The position numbers were made by a program, and so were the translations under genes. Positions 61,319 to 64,000 of a stretch of 64,000 bases of DNA are shown here, in pieces (the first letter of the stretch is position 1; every line of letters begins with the position of its first letter). Source of the DNA: Candidatus Eiseniibacteriota bacterium (lineage in GTDB: Bacteria; Eisenbacteria; RBG-16-71-46; CAZAMP01); contig OZ245046.1 in the NCBI GenBank assembly GCA_965224245.1, forward strand, positions 2,084,148 through 2,148,147, written 5' to 3'. The notes beneath the pieces were generated by a model. The model saw only the letters and a program-made list of their open reading frames with translations, had not been told where the DNA came from and searched no databases.

Positions 61319-62839
61319 ATGGAGTCGAGTCGATCGATTGGAGCCATCGGGGCGCGCGCGGCTCTCGCGGCGGCCTCGGTGGTGCTGGTCGTGGCCGGCT
61401 GCGAGGCCCCCACCGGCTCCCGGGTCGGCAACCTGCCGCCCGAGACGTACCTGTTCATCAGTGACGCCGAGACCGACACCACGAGCTACGTCGTGGACCT
61501 CCACTGGTGGGGATCGGACCCCGACGGCGACGTGGTCGAGTATCAGTTCCGGATCGACAGCCTGTGGACTCCCGATCCGACCGATACGTTGACCGCCGAC
61601 GACCCGCCGTGGGTCCGCACGGTCCGCACCGAGCGGACGTTCACGCTGCCGGTCGAGGGCACCGGCCGGTCGGCGGTGGTGACGTTCCGCGCCGTCGACG
61701 ACGCGGGCGCGATCGACCCGATGCCGGTCACCCAGACCTTCCACCTCCGGAACCGAAAGCCGACGCTGGAGTTCGGCACAGACCTGGCTCGGCCCACCCG
61801 CTCGCTGCCCGCGGTCACGTTCTCGGTGGTCGCCGAGGACCCCGAGGGCGACGAGACGATCGTCGGCTACCGCGTGTGGTTCGACGGCGAGGACCGGGAG
61901 ACGGACGCGCGCACGATCCCCGGGCCCGCGGTGGCCCAGATCGCGCTCGGTCCCGACGACTTCCCGAGCGCCGGCGCGCTGACGATCAACATCGTGGCCG
62001 TCGACGACTCGAACACCGAGAGTGACCGGGTGCTCCGGCACACGTGGGACGTCATCGACACCGAGGCCAAGCGGGTCCTCATCGTCGATCAGTATCCCGC
62101 CGGTGGGCTGTTCGACGCGGACATCGCCGCGTTCTGGCGGAACGTCACCGAGGCGCGCCTGTCACCGGACGAGATCATCACGTTCGACTACACGGCCGAC
62201 GGCGGCTTTCGCACGACGGCCGAGGTGGAGCTGAGCTTCTCGGCATTCGAGGCGGTCATCTGGTACTCGGGGCTCCAGCCGAACAACCTGACCCAGACGC
62301 TCCGGCGCATCCAGGAGCTCAGGCGGGCCAGCCAGGCGATGGAGCGATACACCGCCGGCGGCGGGAACGTGCTCCTGTCGAGCACGTTCGCGTTCGGAAA
62401 TGCAGTGAACCCGACCGAGGGTGCGGCGTCGGCCGCCTGGGATTCCGCCGCCACGTATCGCCTCTTGCGGATCACGCGCGAGTTCACGAACCCTCAGGGC
62501 AACACGAACTTCCTGTTGTTCCCGACGATCACGTTCGGCTTTCCGGCCGAGTGGGCACTCCCGACCACGCATCCGCAGGGACTGCTGAACTACGTGGACT
62601 TCCTGGCCGTCCCGACCCGCATGACCCGGCTCATGTGGGTGCCTCCGGGGTCTCTCAACGTGGGCTTCGACGATGACGGCAACTTCGTCCAGAACGAGGT
62701 CGACTACGACTGCGCGTTCCGGATCGACACCGAGGGCGGCGGCGCGTTCGTCATCGCCACGCTGCCGCTGTCGCGGCTGAACCCGATCACCTCGGGCGAG
62801 ACGTTCGTGAACCGGGCGTTCGATGCGTTCGGGCTCTGA
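61319..62839 (+). CDS. hypothetical lipoprotein
   Basis: AGGGG 10 nt upstream; signal plus lipobox 'AALAAASVVLVVAGC'; 506 aa with no recognisable catalytic motif. Confidence 0.55.
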   Translation: MESSRSIGAIGARAALAAASVVLVVAGCEAPTGSRVGNLPPETYLFISDAETDTTSYVVDLHWWGSDPDGDVVEYQFRIDSLWTPDPTDTLTADDPPWVRTVRTERTFTLPVEGTGRSAVVTFRAVDDAGAIDPMPVTQTFHLRNRKPTLEFGTDLARPTRSLPAVTFSVVAEDPEGDETIVGYRVWFDGEDRETDARTIPGPAVAQIALGPDDFPSAGALTINIVAVDDSNTESDRVLRHTWDVIDTEAKRVLIVDQYPAGGLFDADIAAFWRNVTEARLSPDEIITFDYTADGGFRTTAEVELSFSAFEAVIWYSGLQPNNLTQTLRRIQELRRASQAMERYTAGGGNVLLSSTFAFGNAVNPTEGAASAAWDSAATYRLLRITREFTNPQGNTNFLLFPTITFGFPAEWALPTTHPQGLLNYVDFLAVPTRMTRLMWVPPGSLNVGFDDDGNFVQNEVDYDCAFRIDTEGGGAFVIATLPLSRLNPITSGETFVNRAFDAFGL

Positions 62840-63106
62840 GGTCCGAGGCCGCCCCGCGGCCCGGCCGGGATCCCGGTCGCGCTGACCGGACGGACACCCG
62901 CGTCGAGCCCCGCATCTGTTGTCGGCTCCGAGGGCCATGTGATAGACTCTGCGCGCTCGAAACAGACGAGACGCGCGCCGCACCGACAACGCAACTTCGC
63001 CATTTACAGCCACTTGCGGCCGTCATCCAGAAACGGAAACAAGGGCGACGGACGCCGCAGATCGCGTCGGCGGCCCCGGCACCGCATCCGATCGAAGGAG
63101 CCTCTC

Positions 63107-64000
63107 ATGCAGCGAGCCATCGGCTCTCTCGTGTGCGCCGGCGTGGCGTTGACCGCGATGGTCGCCCCCGCCGTCGCCGACCTGACCATCTACGACATCC
63201 AGGGATACGGAGCTGTGACGCCGGGCAATCCCGTGGACGTCGACGGCGTCGTCGTCACGGGCATCTACGCGTTCGGGTTCATGGCGCAGGAGCCCGACGA
63301 GGATGCCGGGTCGTCGATGTTCGGCCGCACGTACGGCGGGATCTGGGTGTACACCGGCGGCGCGCCGGACGTCGAGTTCGGCGATCTCGTGGACCTGGAA
63401 GGCGAGTACCAGGAGTTCTTCGACGAGTCCGAGATCGACGTGACGGTGGCCGGCAGCAGCGTGATGATCGTCGGAACCGCCCCGCAGCCGCCGTACCTTC
63501 CGGTCGTCATCACCGACATCAACGACGAGCTCGCCGGTGAGCCGTGGGAGGGCGTCCTGATCGAGACCACGCAGCCGAACATGGTCTCCACCGATACCCT
63601 CAACACCGGCTGCGGCAGCGCCTCCCCGACGCGCTGGGGCGTCTACCAGACCAGCGCGCCGACCGACTCGCTCTTCGTGCGAAACTCGGTCACCACGCAC
63701 GAGATCCCGATCCCCGGATCGCCGATCTCGTACCTCCGTGGCCCGATGAGCTTCCACCGGTGCCTCCGGAAGGTCATTCCCCGGGACAACGACGACATCG
63801 GCTACATCGCCGCGCCCAACATCGTCTGGGCGTACTCGACCGGCAACACGTCGTGCGACATCGTGTTCAGCCGCGACGTCACCCAGGCCAGCGCCGAGGA
63901 TGTGCTCAACTACTTCTTCGCCTCCGGGGTCGCGGTTCTCGCCGCCGAGCGCGACGCGAGCGACTTCAGCGTCGTCCACCTGACGACGTCGACACAGTTC
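63107..64000 (+). CDS. hypothetical secreted protein, 3'-truncated by the window edge
   Basis: Not in the ORF track because it has no stop; ATG at 63107 with AAGGAG 7 nt upstream; 298 codons open to the window end; signal peptide 'MQRAIGSLVCAGVALTAMVAPAVA'; high GC3. Confidence 0.55.
   Translation, partial: MQRAIGSLVCAGVALTAMVAPAVADLTIYDIQGYGAVTPGNPVDVDGVVVTGIYAFGFMAQEPDEDAGSSMFGRTYGGIWVYTGGAPDVEFGDLVDLEGEYQEFFDESEIDVTVAGSSVMIVGTAPQPPYLPVVITDINDELAGEPWEGVLIETTQPNMVSTDTLNTGCGSASPTRWGVYQTSAPTDSLFVRNSVTTHEIPIPGSPISYLRGPMSFHRCLRKVIPRDNDDIGYIAAPNIVWAYSTGNTSCDIVFSRDVTQASAEDVLNYFFASGVAVLAAERDASDFSVVHLTTSTQF

Overview
Very GC-rich bacterial chromosomal segment (roughly 70% GC by eye, strong GC3 bias), with no rRNA, tRNA, CRISPR or mobile-element genes that I could support. 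All calls come from reading the six-frame translations for family motifs; no database search was run. Gene content (GWxTD protein, HprK next to rpoN, SusC-like receptor with a PorV-like barrel) suggests an FCB-group, Gemmatimonadota-like organism, but that is inference. Positions 17-29175 are one uninterrupted minus-strand array of core genes: ftsK, metK, a transporter-less PTS phosphorelay with an embedded GH57 gene, hpf, rpoN, lptB/lptC-like, a kds/pyrG block, rpmA-rplU, rng, comF-like, aroE, lgt and rodA-mrdA-mreDCB. The middle holds a sigma-54 activator operon and a ten-gene nucleoside-salvage/import operon (38534-46718) that carries an EutN/CcmL-family microcompartment vertex gene, followed by add, a lamin-tail-domain protein and rpiB-deoC. 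The last 11 kb encode a SusC-like TonB-dependent receptor coupled to a PorV/FadL-like barrel and several surface proteins. The best candidates for something undescribed are the orphan vertex gene with its deoxyribose-catabolic neighbours, and the receptor/PorV-like/surface-protein locus. Many long antisense ORFs in the track are Arg-rich GC artefacts and were not called.
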